This document shows positions 62,669 to 64,000 of a stretch of 64,000 nt of DNA, in pieces. Numbering within the stretch: the stretch's first letter is position 1; every line of letters starts with the position of its first letter. The DNA lies in assembly GCA_046563655.1 (NCBI GenBank), contig CM102286.1:4154001-4218000 (forward strand), written 5' to 3'. This DNA is from Yuukianura sp. NJ FZ-2021 (taxonomy: Eukaryota). The notes beneath the pieces were generated by a model that saw only the letters and a list, made by a program, of their open reading frames with translations, had not been told where the DNA came from and searched no databases. A program made the position numbers and the translations under genes.

Positions 62669-64000
62669 GTAAATTGCTTTCCCTTCACTCCAAAACTCTT
62701 CTGAATTCGGACAGATTCTACAGTTAGTCTCGGCTACTTCCAAAAGCCCAGTAGCCAAGCCCATCTCAATAAAATGAAATTTCTCACTGTCCATCCGATA
62801 ACCACTTTAAGACTTTTCACTTCTGCTTTCACCCATTCACCAAAGCCCTTCTAAGATATTGGCCCCGAGAACTCCCAAACACTTTCTCCACTCTGCCCAA
62901 ATTGCCATCTTCATTCCGACGCATTCCATCCCCACTGAATTTCTCCTCTCTCCCGCCCAATCCAATGAAATATTCAATTCTAACTTCCTAATCCCTGAAC
63001 TGTGTCCAGAAGGCGAACGAAGACTCCTCCTTTTTGAAAATCCGCTCCAAAGAGCCCTTATTTACTTCTGAGCTTGAGTCTGAATGACCCCAAGGACTAT
63101 GTGTGAATGGCCCAGGACTCTCGTTTCCTCAAATGAAAATGTTTAGGACCAAGCAGACCTTTCACCCGGCAAGCACGTAGGTTCAAAGGGAATCCTCTTC
63201 AGGCAGACTCTGAAGCAGTTTCAGTATGCTGAGTTAAGCCTTTTTTCAAAAAGATATTAATCTCGCCGTCTTTCTCTTACGGGAATGTCTTTCCATTTTT
63301 CCCTTCTAGGCATAGCGAAGCTAATTTGTCATTTTCAAAAAAGTGCGTGGTGAAAGTTCAAAATTCTGAGAGCAAAACACTTGAGTCTTGGTTTTTGTAA
63401 ATTGCACAACCACTTACTTCGGTGTGCAAAAAAATCGAAAAATATACTTTTCAAAATTTTGTTTCGCCAACATACCTTTGTTGTTTAACATTGTTTACAA
63501 ATGCAAAAGTTTTGCAATTTAGTCAAATTTTGTTTTGCAATATTTATTGATCCAGTTGTAGGCAAAAACTTACCACTCTTATAGCAAATTGCGAAAAAAT
63601 TTCAAAATTCAGATAGTCTTGTTATTTTTGTGAGTGATGACAGAAAGGCTTTCGAAATTTTTCTTTTGGATTTTCTAAGCATTTTTTAAAGAAATGTCAA
63701 CTTTCCCCAACTTTGGACTCACTTTCTCCGTCTCTGTTTTTGTATGTTTAAGAATACTGTGATGTCTTTATTTGATACTCCAATGTTTACTTTGAGACAG
63801 TTTAAAGGATCTCTCTTATGAAGACGTTAGTTATACATTCATAGAGATCTTTGCGTCTGGTACTTCTTTAGTTTCAACTTTTTAGTCCAGACTTCAAACT
63901 TTGAATTTCGAATGAAAGTTTCTGTTTAAACAAGCCCGTTGAATCAATAGGAAAAACCTTCCTTGAACTCTTCAACTTCACTTTCACTTTTCTCTGTCAC

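Overview
AT-rich, intron-containing animal DNA. The ionotropic receptor and Beat-family genes indicate an arthropod; springtail-like is only my inference. Bases 1-15.3 kb are an accessory, defence-looking block. It holds a signal-peptide + LRR-like + class-A GPCR gene that runs off the left edge, a tiny LITAF gene (both missed by the ORF track), a divergent PhzF/PBLD gene plus a 3' fragment, four tandem double-WAP secreted peptides, two tandem CNPase (2H-phosphoesterase) genes with signal peptide and GPI-like tail, and a fungal/protist-type HxxH..AGE..DNxSG gene. Next come a DAG-lipase-like gene, SDE2, glyoxalase II (HAGH) and HGD. The segment 11951-24499 recurs at 24601-37145 across a 100-N gap, most likely as uncollapsed haplotypes. 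HGD is complete only in the second copy. The right part holds an intronless divergent ionotropic receptor, a long-intron Beat-family Ig gene and several non-autonomous DNA transposons. All exon models were read by eye and no database searches were run.
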